A DNA stretch of 59,826 nt, filler included. It is 5 parts of 5 records of this genome, joined end to end, with 100 filler letters (N's around TTAATTAATTAA, not from the genome) between each part and the next. Parts side by side here need not be neighbours in the genome. Positions count along the whole stretch, not along the records: positions 8,662 to 29,408 come from SRR2962707_1408; 4 more parts are not named here. The stretch is one strand, 5' to 3'. Position 1 is the stretch's first letter. The number at the start of each line of letters is the position of its first letter. The notes beneath the pieces are model-generated. The model worked only from the letters and a program-made list of their open reading frames with translations. It was not told the origin of the DNA and ran no database searches. The translations under genes and the position numbers were made by a program. This document shows, in pieces, positions 10,987 to 22,099 of this stretch.

Positions 10987-11841
10987 ATGACAGGCGGCAG
11001 GTCGCGACTTTCTGTGATCGGGGCAGTTCTGGTAATAGGCCTAGTGTCGGCCTGTGGCGATCGTGGTGCCAAAACCACGCTGAGCGGGACCCCGGAACTC
11101 CAGAATTATACAGCCGAACAGATCTTTGAGCGGGGCGAGTTCGAACTGAACCGCAACGATCCCACAGAGGCAGCCATCTATTTCGGCGAGATCGAGCGTC
11201 TTTACCCCTATTCCGACTGGGGCAAGCGGGCGCTGATCATGCAGGCCTTTTCCTATCACCGTGACAAGGATTACGAAAACAGCCGGTCCGCCGCGCAGCG
11301 TTACATCGACTTTTATCCGCTCGAAGATGACGCCGCCTATGCGCAATACCTGCTGGCGCTGTCCTATTATGATCAGATCGAAGAAGTTGGCCGCGATCAG
11401 GGTCTGACCTTTCAGGCGCTGCAATCCCTGCGCACCGTCATCGAACGCTACCCCGACAGCGAATATGCGCGTTCGTCGATCCTCAAGTTCGATCTGGCCT
11501 TTGACCACTTGGCCGGCAAGGAAATGGAGATCGGGCGCTATTACCTCAAGCGCAAGAACTATGCCGCCGCCGTCAATCGGTTCCGCGTTGTGGTCGAGGA
11601 TTTCCAGACCACGACCCACACCGCAGAGGCGTTGCATCGTCTGGTCGAAAGTTACCTTTCGCTGGGCCTGATCCAAGAGGCGCAGACCGCCGGGGCGATT
11701 CTGGGCTACAACTACCAGTCGACCGAATGGTACGACGACAGTTACAAACTGCTGACGGGCCGTGGGCTCGAACTCGAAGCAGCGGGCGACAACTGGCTGT
11801 CCTCGATCTATCGTCAAATGGTCAAGGGGCAGTGGCTCTAG
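10987..11841 (+). CDS. bamD: Outer membrane protein assembly factor BamD
   Basis: Lipobox VSAC, TPR helices, YPYSDW, EMEIGRYY; lpxC-bamD-recN order. Confidence 0.95.
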   Translation: MTGGRSRLSVIGAVLVIGLVSACGDRGAKTTLSGTPELQNYTAEQIFERGEFELNRNDPTEAAIYFGEIERLYPYSDWGKRALIMQAFSYHRDKDYENSRSAAQRYIDFYPLEDDAAYAQYLLALSYYDQIEEVGRDQGLTFQALQSLRTVIERYPDSEYARSSILKFDLAFDHLAGKEMEIGRYYLKRKNYAAAVNRFRVVVEDFQTTTHTAEALHRLVESYLSLGLIQEAQTAGAILGYNYQSTEWYDDSYKLLTGRGLELEAAGDNWLSSIYRQMVKGQWL

Positions 11842-11880
11842 GGTCGGGGCGGCCATCTGCTGGTCGTAGGGGAACGTTCC

Positions 11881-13530
11881 ATGCTGCGCGCGCTTGAAAT
11901 CCGCGACATGTTGATTATCGACCGGCTGGAACTTGCCTTTCAGCCGGGCCTGAACGTGCTGACCGGCGAAACCGGTGCGGGTAAATCGATTCTGTTGGAT
12001 TCTCTGGGTTTTGTGCTGGGCTGGCGGGGACGTGCCGAGCTGGTGCGCGCCGGCGCCGCCCAAGGCGAGGTGACGGCCGTCTTCGACTTGTCCCCCGACC
12101 ACGCGGCGCGCGGCGTTCTTGAAGAGGCAGGTTTGCCTGCGGGCGACGAACTCATCCTGCGACGGGTCAATGCCGCTGACGGGCGCAAGACCGCTTGGGT
12201 CAACGATCGACGCTGCTCGGGCGATGTGCTGCGCACCCTGTCCGAAACGCTGGTCGAACTGCATGGGCAGCATGATGATCGCGGCCTGCTCAATCCACGC
12301 GGCCACCGGACCCTGCTTGATAGTTATGCCGGGCTCGAGTCGGCACTGGAGACGATCCGCAAGGCCTGGACCCGGCGGGGGCGGGCGGAAAAGGCGCTGG
12401 CACAGGCCGAAACGGCGCTTGACGCTGTCCGCGCCGAAGAGGATTTTCTGCGCCACGCCGTTGCCGAAATGCAGTCGCTTGACCCGCAACCGGGCGAAGA
12501 GGCCAGCCTTGATGCGCAGCGCCGTCACATGCAGGGGGCCGAACGCATTCGCGAGGATATCACCTGCGCCCGCGCCGCGCTGTCTGATGGCGCGGAACAG
12601 GCTATGGGCGATGCGCTGCGCTGGCTCGAAGGTGTCGCAGACCGGGCCGAAGGCGCGCTCGAAGTACCGCTTGCCGCACTGGAACGTGCAATGGTGGAAC
12701 TGGACGAGGCGACCGTCGGCGTCGAGAGCTGCCTTGAGGGTCTGAATTTCGATCCCCACGCGTTGGAATCCGCCGAAGAACGGTTATTTGCCATCCGTGC
12801 GTTGGCGCGCAAACATCAGGTCGCACCGGATGAACTGGGCGATTTCGCCACCGGGCTGCAGGCAAAACTCGCGGCGCTGGATGCAGGGGCGGCAGATATT
12901 GCCGGCCTCAAGGCAGATCTGCGCGCGGCCAACGATTATTACGACAGCGCCGCGGATGCCATTTCCGCCGCCCGTCGCGCGGCGGCCGGGCGACTGGACG
13001 CCGCCGTGTCGGCCGAGTTTGCCCCGCTCAAGATGGAGCGTGCGGCGTTCCAGACCGCCATCACCGATGGCGCCCCCGGCCCTGATGGGCGCGACGCGGT
13101 CGCCTTTACCGTCGCCACGAACCCCGGCGCCCCGGCGGGCCCCCTGGGCAAGATCGCCTCGGGCGGCGAACTCAGCAGGTTTCTGCTGGCGCTCAAGGTG
13201 TGCCTGTCCAAGGAACGCAACCGGGGCGTCACGATGATTTTTGACGAAATCGACCGGGGCGTCGGCGGCGCAACCGCCGACGCGGTGGGGCGGCGACTTT
13301 CGGCGCTGGCAGCAGGCGGGCAGGTGCTGGTCGTTACCCATTCGCCGCAGGTTGCTGCCCTTGGCGCGCATCACTGGCGGGTGGAAAAACGGGTGGACGG
13401 CGATGTGACCACCTCGACGGTAACGCCGCTAGACAGCGATGCCCGCGAAGGTGAAATCGCGCGTATGCTGGCCGGTGATACCGTAACCGCCGAAGCACGC
13501 GCCGCCGCGCGGGCCTTGCTCGCGGGATAG
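11881..13530 (+). CDS. recN: DNA repair protein RecN
   Basis: LTGETGAGKS, ASGGELSRF, FDEIDRGVGG, VTHSPQVAA. Confidence 0.97.
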   Translation: MLRALEIRDMLIIDRLELAFQPGLNVLTGETGAGKSILLDSLGFVLGWRGRAELVRAGAAQGEVTAVFDLSPDHAARGVLEEAGLPAGDELILRRVNAADGRKTAWVNDRRCSGDVLRTLSETLVELHGQHDDRGLLNPRGHRTLLDSYAGLESALETIRKAWTRRGRAEKALAQAETALDAVRAEEDFLRHAVAEMQSLDPQPGEEASLDAQRRHMQGAERIREDITCARAALSDGAEQAMGDALRWLEGVADRAEGALEVPLAALERAMVELDEATVGVESCLEGLNFDPHALESAEERLFAIRALARKHQVAPDELGDFATGLQAKLAALDAGAADIAGLKADLRAANDYYDSAADAISAARRAAAGRLDAAVSAEFAPLKMERAAFQTAITDGAPGPDGRDAVAFTVATNPGAPAGPLGKIASGGELSRFLLALKVCLSKERNRGVTMIFDEIDRGVGGATADAVGRRLSALAAGGQVLVVTHSPQVAALGAHHWRVEKRVDGDVTTSTVTPLDSDAREGEIARMLAGDTVTAEARAAARALLAG

Positions 13531-13581
13531 GGCGGAGGCCCCGCCACCCCGGCTGCGCGATTTATTGCGCAGCAACATCCC

Positions 13582-14955
13582 TCAGCGCGGGCGGATCAGC
13601 TTTCCGGGGTTCATGATGCCCAGCGGGTCCAGCGCCTGCTTGATCGTCGTCATCACATCCCAGCCCTCGCCGTGTTCACGCGGCATGTGGTCAAGCTTGC
13701 CCATACCGATACCATGTTCCCCCGTGGCCGTGCCGCCAAGATCCAGCGCCCGCTGCACCATCCGGTGCGACAGCCTGTGCGCCTCTTTCAACTCCTCGGG
13801 GCGGGTGGGGTCGATCAGCAAAACACTGTGAAAGTTGCCATCCCCCACATGCCCCAGAATCGGCCCGGGGATTGTAGCCTGTGCAAGGTCCGCCTGGGTG
13901 TCCGTCACCGCCCGGGCCAGCCGCGAAATAGGCACGCAGATGTCTGTCACAATTGCCCGGGCACCCGGTCGTGATGCCAGGATTGCGTAATAGGCGTTGT
14001 GCCGCATTGCCCACAGGGCGCGGCGGTCCTCTTCCTGGCTGGACCACTGAAATCCTAGGCCGTCGTGATCACCTGCAATTTCGCCAAAGCGAGTCGCGTC
14101 CTGCGCCACCGACTCGGGCGATCCGTGGAATTCCACCATCAGATGCGGGCAGACCGGCAGGCTGGACCCGGCATAGCTGTTGAAGGCCGCAGCCGTGGCC
14201 GCATCGACGAATTCGATCCGGGCGACCGGAATGCCCATCTGAATCGTCTCAAGCACCGTGTCCACCGCATCCTCGATCCGGGTAAAGGCGCAGATCCCTG
14301 CAGACACCGATTCTGGCTGGCCATGCAGGCGCAGGGTAAGTTCTGTGATCAGGCCGAGTGTGCCTTCGGATCCGACCATCAGGCCGGTCAGGTCATAGCC
14401 TGCAGCGGATTTGCGCGCGCGACCGCCCGTCCGGATCACCCGGCCATCGGCCAACACGACCTGCAGGCCCAGAACGTTGTCGCGCATCGTTCCGTAACGC
14501 ACCGTTGTCGTCCCCGACGCACCCGTCGCCGCCATCCCGCCCAGCGACGCGTTCGCCCCCGGATCGACCGAAAAGAATAGCCCGGTAGCGCGCAGTTCTT
14601 GGTTTAGCGCCTCGCGTGTTACCCCGGGTTGAACAGTCACATCCATGTCCGCGCCCCGGATTTCCAGCACTTTGTCCATCAGCCGGAAATCCACCGTCAG
14701 CCCGCCCCGGACTGCCAGCGCGTGCCCCTCAAGCGACGTGCCGCTGCCCCAGCCTATCACAGGCATGGCGTGTTCCGCGCAAATCTGCAGGATCTGTTGC
14801 ACTTCGGCGGTGCTCTGGGGATAGGCGACTGCGTCGGGCGGACCTGGGGGAAAATAGGACTCGGATCGGCCATGCAGGTCCAAATCGGACTTGGAGGTAC
14901 TCAGCCGTTGGCCTAGGAAAGAACTAAGGGCGGACAGGGCCTGGGGCTGGTGCAT
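13582..14955 (-). CDS. FAD-linked oxidase (D-lactate dehydrogenase/GlcD family)
   Basis: GSGTSLEGH, DPGANASLGGM, GSEGTLG, HVGDGNFH, GEHGIG, NPGK. Confidence 0.9.
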   Translation of the reverse strand: MHQPQALSALSSFLGQRLSTSKSDLDLHGRSESYFPPGPPDAVAYPQSTAEVQQILQICAEHAMPVIGWGSGTSLEGHALAVRGGLTVDFRLMDKVLEIRGADMDVTVQPGVTREALNQELRATGLFFSVDPGANASLGGMAATGASGTTTVRYGTMRDNVLGLQVVLADGRVIRTGGRARKSAAGYDLTGLMVGSEGTLGLITELTLRLHGQPESVSAGICAFTRIEDAVDTVLETIQMGIPVARIEFVDAATAAAFNSYAGSSLPVCPHLMVEFHGSPESVAQDATRFGEIAGDHDGLGFQWSSQEEDRRALWAMRHNAYYAILASRPGARAIVTDICVPISRLARAVTDTQADLAQATIPGPILGHVGDGNFHSVLLIDPTRPEELKEAHRLSHRMVQRALDLGGTATGEHGIGMGKLDHMPREHGEGWDVMTTIKQALDPLGIMNPGKLIRPR

Positions 14956-15030
14956 GCAAAGTCTCCGCTCATATCAGGCGCGATCCTAGCCCGGGCGCAG
15001 CCTGTGCGAAACCCTGATGAAGGAGGTGGC

Positions 15031-16713
15031 ATGGCAGCGGACCAACAGGTGAAACGACAGTGGCGCGAGGTGGTTGAACGGTGCGGGCGCGGCTGGAAGC
15101 TTTTGCGCGACCGCGGCCCCAGTCAGATCCAGTTCTGGTTCATCGCTCTGGCCATCGGCATCGCTGCCGGAACTGCCGCGCTTTTGTTCCGCAAGGCGAT
15201 CGAGGCGTTGCAAACTGCGCTTTACGGCACTGAAGATGTCAACCTTCTGGCCAGCTTTGCCCTCACTCTGCCCTGGTACTGGGTGATGCTCATCCCGGTG
15301 GGGGGCGGGTTGGTTGTAGGGTTGATCGTGCATTATTTCACGCCCGATGGCCGGGTGCGGTCGGTTTCGGATGTGATAGAAGGTGCCGCGCTTTACAACG
15401 GGCGGGTGGAACGCAAGGCCGGCATTGCATCAATCTTGGCCTCCTGGATCACGCTGTCGACAGGCGGATCATCGGGGCGCGAAGGGCCGGTCGTCCATAT
15501 GGCAGCGATGATGTCGAGCTGGGTCAGCAATCTGATCCACGCCGACGGAATCACCGGGCGTGACCTGTTGGGCTGCGCCGTGGCGGCGGCGGTTTCGGCC
15601 TCCTTTAATGCGCCCATCGCCGGGGCGCTCTTCGCACTCGAAGTTGTGCTGCGTCATTTTGCGCTGCATGCTTTTGCGCCCATCGTCATCGCGTCGGCTG
15701 CGGGGACGGTGATCAACCGGCTGGCTTTTGGCGACGTGACCGAATTTCGCCTGCCCGGTACCACTACGGTTGAATTCTACCTCGAATTGCCGGCCTTTCT
15801 GCTGCTGGGCCTGGTCTGCGGGCTGGTGGCGGTGCTGACCATGCGCGGCATTTTCTGGGCCGATGATCTGGGCACGCGGTTTCAACGCCGGCTGGGCCTG
15901 CCCAACCTGCTGCGCCCGGCGACGGCGGGTCTGCTGCTGGGCGGGCTGGCGATCTGGTTTCCCCATATCATCGGTGTCGGCTATGAAACGACCAGCCGAG
16001 CGCTTACCGGCGATCTGATCCTGCACGAGGCGATTGTCTTTGCCGCGCTCAAGGTGGTGGCAGTCGCGATCACCTTTGCCGGACGCATGGGGGGCGGCAT
16101 TTTTTCACCCTCTCTGATGATAGGTGCGCTGACAGGCATGGCCTTTGGGCTGATCGCAACTGGGGTGTTTCCAGAAAATTCTGGGGCCTCGACGCTTTAT
16201 GCGCTTGCCGGCATGGGGGCTGTTGCCGCGGCGGTTCTGGGTGCGCCGATTTCCACAACTCTGATCGTGTTCGAAATGACGGGTGACTGGCAAACCGGGC
16301 TTGCGGTAATGGTCTCGGTCTCGCTTTCGACCAGCCTTGCCGCGCGGCTTGTGGACCGGTCCTTTTTTCTGTCCCAGCTGGAACGGCGCAATATCCAGCT
16401 GTCCGCCGGGCCGCAGTCCTATCTTTTGCGGATGTTTCGGGTCAGCGGCGTCATGCGCAAAAGCGAAGAGTTGAGCGAACAGGATGCCGCAGCTTGCGCC
16501 GAGATGATCCAGCAGACGCTGTTTGTCAGTGCTTCCTCAACGCTCGACACGGTTCTGCCGCTGTTTGACCGCACCGGGCGGCCCTTCCTGCCCGTGGTTG
16601 TCTTGCAAGGCACAGACAAGCTGCCGGTGATCCAGGGGGCGCTGTATCATCTGGACGCGCTCAAGGCGTACAACCGCGCGCTGGCCGCCACGGCGGCAGA
16701 GGAGCATGGCTAA
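15031..16713 (+). CDS. ClC-family chloride channel/transporter
   Basis: GREGP and GGIFSP motifs, multiple TM helices, degenerate CBS tail; RBS GGAGG before ATG 15031. Confidence 0.92.
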   Translation: MAADQQVKRQWREVVERCGRGWKLLRDRGPSQIQFWFIALAIGIAAGTAALLFRKAIEALQTALYGTEDVNLLASFALTLPWYWVMLIPVGGGLVVGLIVHYFTPDGRVRSVSDVIEGAALYNGRVERKAGIASILASWITLSTGGSSGREGPVVHMAAMMSSWVSNLIHADGITGRDLLGCAVAAAVSASFNAPIAGALFALEVVLRHFALHAFAPIVIASAAGTVINRLAFGDVTEFRLPGTTTVEFYLELPAFLLLGLVCGLVAVLTMRGIFWADDLGTRFQRRLGLPNLLRPATAGLLLGGLAIWFPHIIGVGYETTSRALTGDLILHEAIVFAALKVVAVAITFAGRMGGGIFSPSLMIGALTGMAFGLIATGVFPENSGASTLYALAGMGAVAAAVLGAPISTTLIVFEMTGDWQTGLAVMVSVSLSTSLAARLVDRSFFLSQLERRNIQLSAGPQSYLLRMFRVSGVMRKSEELSEQDAAACAEMIQQTLFVSASSTLDTVLPLFDRTGRPFLPVVVLQGTDKLPVIQGALYHLDALKAYNRALAATAAEEHG

Positions 16714-16830
16714 TCTGTTTCGGGAAAAACCTTGATCGCGGGATGTGCACGCGGGTCGGTTTACGAAACCCCCTGTGCGGACGGGCGGGTCAAATCACTG
16801 CCCGCCCGCCGTTGCCATTTTGCGATAACG

Positions 16831-17688
16831 CTATTTCGCCGTGCGAACGGCCTGCGTCTGAACACCAAGGGTATCGATCCCAAGGCGCAGGGTTTCGCCG
16901 CCCGATAGATAGATCGGCGGCTTCAGTCCCATGCCGACACCCGGCGGCGTACCCGTTGAAATGATGTCCCCCGGCTGAAGGCTCATGAATTGTGAGCAGT
17001 AGGAAATCAGGTGCGGGACTTTATAGACCATTGTCGCCGTCGACCCGTTCTGATGGCGGGTGCCATCAACTTCGAGCCACATCGAAAGGGCGTTGTAATC
17101 GCCAACCTCATCCGGGGTGACCAGCCAAGGGCCGGTCGGGCCAAAGGTATCGCAGCCTTTGCCCTTGTCCCATGTACCTGCGCGCTCGATCTGAAACTCG
17201 CGTTCTGATACGTCGTTGATGACGCAGAAACCCGCGACATGACCCATCGCATCCGCCTCGTCGATATAGCTGCCGCCTTTGCCAATGACGACGCCAAGCT
17301 CGACTTCCCAGTCGGTCTTCTTTGATCCGCGCGGGATAACGACGTCATCGTCAGGCCCGACAATCGCCGACGTCCATTTGTTGAAAATCACCGGTTCCGG
17401 CGGCACGTCCATACCGCTTTCGGCAGCGTGGTCGGCATAGTTCAAACCAATGCAGACAAATTTGCCGGTTTGCCCGACACATGGCCCCAGCCGCAGATCA
17501 TCCTGCGGCGTGCCGTCAACAACAGGCAGCGCCGCGATATCCAGTGCCTTCAGCCTTGCAATTGTCTCGGGCAGCAGCGCGGCACCCGCGATATCCTCGA
17601 CATGGCCCGAAAGGTCGCGCACCTGACCATCGGCATCCAGGCATCCGGGTTTTTCTTGGCCCGCAGGTCCATAGCGCAATAATTTCAT
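16831..17688 (-). CDS. Fumarylacetoacetate hydrolase family protein (probable 2,4-diketo-3-deoxy-sugar-acid hydrolase)
   Basis: CIGLNYADH, DWEVEL, NDVSER, GKGCDTF, TGTPPGVG; cluster context. Confidence 0.88.
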   Translation of the reverse strand: MKLLRYGPAGQEKPGCLDADGQVRDLSGHVEDIAGAALLPETIARLKALDIAALPVVDGTPQDDLRLGPCVGQTGKFVCIGLNYADHAAESGMDVPPEPVIFNKWTSAIVGPDDDVVIPRGSKKTDWEVELGVVIGKGGSYIDEADAMGHVAGFCVINDVSEREFQIERAGTWDKGKGCDTFGPTGPWLVTPDEVGDYNALSMWLEVDGTRHQNGSTATMVYKVPHLISYCSQFMSLQPGDIISTGTPPGVGMGLKPPIYLSGGETLRLGIDTLGVQTQAVRTAK

Positions 17689-17711
17689 GATGTCCTCGGA
17701 CTGTTGTTTTG

Positions 17712-17753
17712 AAAAAAAGGGCATCGCGGCCCAAGGGAACGTGGGCCGCGATG
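17712..17753 (-). terminator. Intrinsic terminator between the SBP and FAH genes
   Basis: 12-bp stem CATCGCGGCCCA/TGGGCCGCGATG followed closely by T7 on the minus strand. Confidence 0.75.
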
Positions 17754-17762
17754 TGGTTCGGG

Positions 17763-18710
17763 TCAGTCGTAAAGGACGGCTTGAATTTCGGCGTTATCGA
17801 TGTTGGACTGATCGTAGTAGAAAAATCCTGTGTCGATGATCGCAGGCAGCGTTTCGCCGTTGATTGCTGCCAATGCGGCTTTCACGGTCTCATATCCAAT
17901 GCCAACGGGGTTCTGTGTTATCGCGCCAGCCATCAATCCGTCACGGATCGCGTCGGTCTGTGCCCTGCCGGAATCGTACCCGATGATGGTCACGCCTTCG
18001 CTGGCCATTTCACGCACGGCATTGACGATCCCGATTGCAGACCCTTCGTTGGTGCCGAACATGCCGCTTAGCTCGGGGTTGGCTGTCAGAATTGCTTTGG
18101 CCACTTCGGTTGATTGCAACTGGTCGCCTGCGCCGTATTGCACGCTGACAACTTCGATATTGGGATATTCAGATTCCATACGGTTCAGGAACCCATCGCG
18201 GCGGTCGATGCCTGTGCGGCTGGTCTGGTCGTGGGCGACAACGGCAACCTTGCCTTCTCCACCCAGAAATTCGGCCATTTTGTCGGCAGCCAATGCGGCG
18301 GCGGCAACATTGTCAGTTGTGGCTGTGGAAACCGGAATATCGCTGTCCACGCCGCTGTCAAACGCGATGACCGGAATTCCCGCATCAGCCGCCTTCTGGA
18401 GCAGTGGAATAGCCGCCTGGCTGTCGAGTGCCGCAAAACCGATGGCGGAGGGGTTGTTGGCCAAGGCCGCGGCCAGCATGTCGATCTGGCGATCCACCAT
18501 TGTTTCATTGTCCGGGCCTTCGAACGTGATCCGGACATCAAATTCTTCGGCGGCCTGATCTGCACCGGCTTTTACGGCCTGCCAGAATTGGTGTTGAAAG
18601 CCCTTGGAAATCAGCGGGATATAAATTTCGTCCTGCGCATATGCGACAGGCGCAGATGCCAGTGCGATGGACGCGCTTAGCGCGGCGACGAGGGTACGAC
18701 GTGACAACAT
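17763..18710 (-). CDS. Monosaccharide ABC transporter substrate-binding protein
   Basis: Signal peptide; ISKGFQHQFW, IAFDSG, QNPVGIGY (RbsB-like). Confidence 0.92.
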   Translation of the reverse strand: MLSRRTLVAALSASIALASAPVAYAQDEIYIPLISKGFQHQFWQAVKAGADQAAEEFDVRITFEGPDNETMVDRQIDMLAAALANNPSAIGFAALDSQAAIPLLQKAADAGIPVIAFDSGVDSDIPVSTATTDNVAAAALAADKMAEFLGGEGKVAVVAHDQTSRTGIDRRDGFLNRMESEYPNIEVVSVQYGAGDQLQSTEVAKAILTANPELSGMFGTNEGSAIGIVNAVREMASEGVTIIGYDSGRAQTDAIRDGLMAGAITQNPVGIGYETVKAALAAINGETLPAIIDTGFFYYDQSNIDNAEIQAVLYD

Positions 18711-18773
18711 ATTGGTTCCTCCTGAGTTGTCGTTTATGCCCGATCTCCTCCCGGGCATTTAGGTCTTCGTTGG

Positions 18774-19781
18774 TTAACTCGTTTTGTTGCGCCGCATCAT
18801 GTCGGCATAAACTGCGAGAATGATGATCGCGCCGGTCACGACGGTTTGCCATTCTTGCGCCACTGACAGCACGCGCAGCCCGTTGGTCAGCACGGCCATA
18901 ATCAACGCCCCGATGAGCGAACCGAGGATGGAGCCGCGCCCGCCGGACAGGGACGTACCGCCAATGACAACCGCTGCAATCGCTTCAAGCTCATAGCCAA
19001 GTCCCAGGGCCGGTTGCGCAGAATTCAGACGCGACGCGATCAGCAGGCCCGCGATCCCAACGATCGACCCGGCGAGAGCGTAGATCGCGATCTTCCACCG
19101 GTCGGTGTTCACCCCCGAAAGGCGCACGGATTCTTCATTAGATCCCAGCGCAAAACAATAGCGGCCCAGCACAGTGCGGTTCAGGATATAGGCCGTCAGG
19201 GCGGCCACAATGAACAGGATCAGCACGCCGTTGGGGATTGGTAGGGCAGGGAGGATCTCACCAATCAGCGACCCGCGGGAAATCTCGCTGAACCCCGGCG
19301 TATCGTTGAAATAGATCGGGCGGGTGCCCGAAATCACAAGGCTAAGCCCCTTCAGGATCAGCATCATACCAAGGGTTGCGATGAACGGCGGAATTGCCAT
19401 TTTTGCGACAAATGTACCCGAACATGCGCCACAGGCGGCACCCGTCAGGACAGCTGCCGCCACACCAAACACCAGCGGCATGCCCGCGTATGTCAGCACA
19501 ACACCAGTGATCACCGCGCAGAACGTCATCATGGTGCCAACCGAAAGATCGATCCCGCCCGTAATAATGACCAACGTGACCGCGATGGCCAGCACCCCGT
19601 TGACCGACGTTGCCTGCAAAATGGCCAGCATGTTGGAGGTTTGCATAAAGTTCGGGGATGCTATGGTAAACCCGATCAAAAGCACGATCAGACTGGCGAA
19701 TGCCAACACACGTTGATGTGTCCCCGCAGCGATGATCCGTGACAGGGGGGATTTTGGCGCATCTGTTGTGGTGGCGGTCAT
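18774..19781 (-). CDS. Monosaccharide ABC transporter permease
   Basis: GGIDLSVG, IPPFIATL, YELEAIAAVVIGG. Confidence 0.93.
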   Translation of the reverse strand: MTATTTDAPKSPLSRIIAAGTHQRVLAFASLIVLLIGFTIASPNFMQTSNMLAILQATSVNGVLAIAVTLVIITGGIDLSVGTMMTFCAVITGVVLTYAGMPLVFGVAAAVLTGAACGACSGTFVAKMAIPPFIATLGMMLILKGLSLVISGTRPIYFNDTPGFSEISRGSLIGEILPALPIPNGVLILFIVAALTAYILNRTVLGRYCFALGSNEESVRLSGVNTDRWKIAIYALAGSIVGIAGLLIASRLNSAQPALGLGYELEAIAAVVIGGTSLSGGRGSILGSLIGALIMAVLTNGLRVLSVAQEWQTVVTGAIIILAVYADMMRRNKTS

Positions 19782-21304
19782 TATGCTTCCTCCGGTACAC
19801 GCAACGCGCTGTCGCGCTGAGTGGCCAATTCCATGATCTGTTCTTGTGTGGTGTCTGCGCCGCCGGGCAAAATGCCGGTCAGGCGCCCCTCGCACATGAC
19901 CGCGATGCGGTGGCTAAGGCGCATAACCTCGGGCAATTCGGACGAAATCACGATAATTGCGCGCCCTTGTGCGGCAAGATCTTCCAAAAGCGTGTAAATT
20001 TCGGATTTTGCGCCAACGTCTATGCCCCGGGTCGGTTCATCAAAGATCAGCACGTCACAATCGCGCAGCAGCCATTTGGCGATGACGACCTTTTGCTGGT
20101 TCCCGCCCGACAACAATCGCACGACCTGCATGTCTGACGGCGTACGGATGCCCAGTTGGCCGATGTATTTGACCGCCGTCTGTTTCATCGCGGCCTCATC
20201 CAACACACCCGAACGACCTGTGAACTGCGGCAGGTTGGCCATCGCGATATTGGCACGCACGGTCATGTCGACGGCCAGGCCAAAGTGTTTGCGGTCTTCC
20301 GACAGATATCCGATCCCGGCCTCGACGGCCGCATGCGGTGTGCGAATATTGATGGCTTGCCCGGCAACCAGAATCTCGCCCTCATCGCGGGGGTCTGCAC
20401 CAAAGATGATCCGCGCGACCTCTGTACGGCCGGCCCCCATCAGGCCTGCAAAACCCAGTATCTCCCCCTTGCGGACATCAAAACTGACGTTGCGCACGTC
20501 TTTTCCGCGCGACAGATTGCGCACTTCTAACGCGACCGGGTTGCGCGACGTATCAGGGATGACCGGCGCATTTTGGGTGACTTCGCGGCCGACCATCAAT
20601 TGGATGATTTTCGCAAGGGGCGTATCGCGGGCCTCAACCGTGTCGATATACGCACCATCGCGCAGGATCGTGACGCGATCGGCGATGCGCTTAATCTCGT
20701 CCATCCGGTGGCTGATATAGACGATGCCAACGCCATCAGCCTTGAGCTTTTCGATGACCTTGAACAGTTCTGAAATTTCGACGTCGTTCAGGGCTGCGGT
20801 CGGTTCGTCCATAATCAAAACGCGCGGATTATAGGACAGCGCCTTGGCAATTTCGATCAGTTGCTGGCGGGCAATAGTCTGGGTGCTGACCGGCGTGCGC
20901 GGGTCCATCGCCAGATTGAGCGAGGCAAAGATTTCGGCGGTCTTTGCATTCAATGCGGGTTCGTCCAAACGGCCAAAACTTCGGCGCGGTTCGCGTCCGA
21001 TCAGAACATTTTGTGCTGCAGTCAGATCGTTCATCAGGCTCAGTTCCTGATGAATGATCCCGATGCCAAGGTCCTGTGCGGCACGCGGGCCACCGGGGGA
21101 TACAGGGTTTCCATCCACAAACATCTCACCGCCATCGCGTGAATAGATGCCGGACATGATCTTCATCAGCGTTGATTTTCCCGCTCCATTCTCCCCCATG
21201 AGGGCATGGACTTCTCCGGGCTTCAGATTGAAATGCACCGCTTTCAAGGCATGGACGCCGGGAAAGCGTTTTTCGATGCCCTTCATTTCGACCAGATAAC
21301 TCAT
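19781..21304 (-). CDS. Sugar ABC transporter ATP-binding protein (two NBDs)
   Basis: [31 protein letters not shown]. Confidence 0.95.
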   Translation of the reverse strand: MSYLVEMKGIEKRFPGVHALKAVHFNLKPGEVHALMGENGAGKSTLMKIMSGIYSRDGGEMFVDGNPVSPGGPRAAQDLGIGIIHQELSLMNDLTAAQNVLIGREPRRSFGRLDEPALNAKTAEIFASLNLAMDPRTPVSTQTIARQQLIEIAKALSYNPRVLIMDEPTAALNDVEISELFKVIEKLKADGVGIVYISHRMDEIKRIADRVTILRDGAYIDTVEARDTPLAKIIQLMVGREVTQNAPVIPDTSRNPVALEVRNLSRGKDVRNVSFDVRKGEILGFAGLMGAGRTEVARIIFGADPRDEGEILVAGQAINIRTPHAAVEAGIGYLSEDRKHFGLAVDMTVRANIAMANLPQFTGRSGVLDEAAMKQTAVKYIGQLGIRTPSDMQVVRLLSGGNQQKVVIAKWLLRDCDVLIFDEPTRGIDVGAKSEIYTLLEDLAAQGRAIIVISSELPEVMRLSHRIAVMCEGRLTGILPGGADTTQEQIMELATQRDSALRVPEEA

Positions 21305-21338
21305 GTTCTTCGGCCCTCCCAAACCTTGGATTGTGTCG

Positions 21339-22085
21339 CTAGATTGTAACGCCACCATCCACCAGCACGGCCTGCCCGGTGACGAAACTGCTGCCATCCG
21401 ACAACAGGTGCACAATCGTGGGCGTCAGGTCGTCGACGGTTGCCAGACGGCCCATGGGCTGACGCGCGATAAAATCTTTTTTCGCCTGCACAGGGTCCGG
21501 CGCAGACGCAATGCGCCCTTGCAGGGACGGGGTGTCGACGGTGCCGGGACAAAGTGCATTACATCGCAGATTTTGCGCCACGAAATCGGCGGCAATTGCC
21601 TTGGTCAGTCCAATAACGGCCGCCTTGGTTGCACCGTAGGCCGTACGCTTGACGAACCCTTTTTCCGAAGACGCCATTGACGCCATGTTCAGGATTGATG
21701 CCGTGCCCTGGCTATCCGCGCGGCGCAAAAGGCCAGGCACAAAGGCGCGGCACATGCGCACCATGGATGTGACATTGAGGTTGACAGAAAGCTCCCATGC
21801 GGCATCGTCCAGGTCCAGAATTGAACCCTGATGAACGACGCCCGCACAGTTGAACAACCCATCAATATCGGTCAGTTCGTCGGCCAATGCATCTATCGCC
21901 GCCACGTCGGTCACGTCCAGCACGCGGGTTTCAATGCCGCGAATACCGGACAGGTTGGCCAGCAGATCGCCATTCACGTCCGTGGCAATAACCGTCGCCC
22001 CCGCAGCCGCACAGGCACGTGCGCTGGCGGCACCGATACCCTGGCCCGCAGCGGTAATCAGAATTGTTTTGTTCTTGAGTGTCAT
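21339..22085 (-). CDS. SDR oxidoreductase (2-keto-3-deoxy-L-fuconate 4-dehydrogenase-like)
   Basis: [32 protein letters not shown], typical of this SDR subfamily. Confidence 0.82.
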   Translation of the reverse strand: MTLKNKTILITAAGQGIGAASARACAAAGATVIATDVNGDLLANLSGIRGIETRVLDVTDVAAIDALADELTDIDGLFNCAGVVHQGSILDLDDAAWELSVNLNVTSMVRMCRAFVPGLLRRADSQGTASILNMASMASSEKGFVKRTAYGATKAAVIGLTKAIAADFVAQNLRCNALCPGTVDTPSLQGRIASAPDPVQAKKDFIARQPMGRLATVDDLTPTIVHLLSDGSSFVTGQAVLVDGGVTI

Positions 22086-22099
22086 ATCGTCCTCCATGA

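Noticed and set aside
8606..12759. Long antisense ORFs (414, 256 and 572 aa) opposite ftsZ, lpxC and bamD/recN, and similar ones elsewhere
   Set aside because: Shadow ORFs of high-GC genes with no recognisable motifs
13582..14955. FAD oxidase as the lactate-consuming step of the fucose pathway
   Set aside because: It lies outside the cluster, and this family usually oxidises D-2-hydroxyacids whereas the fucose route yields L-lactate
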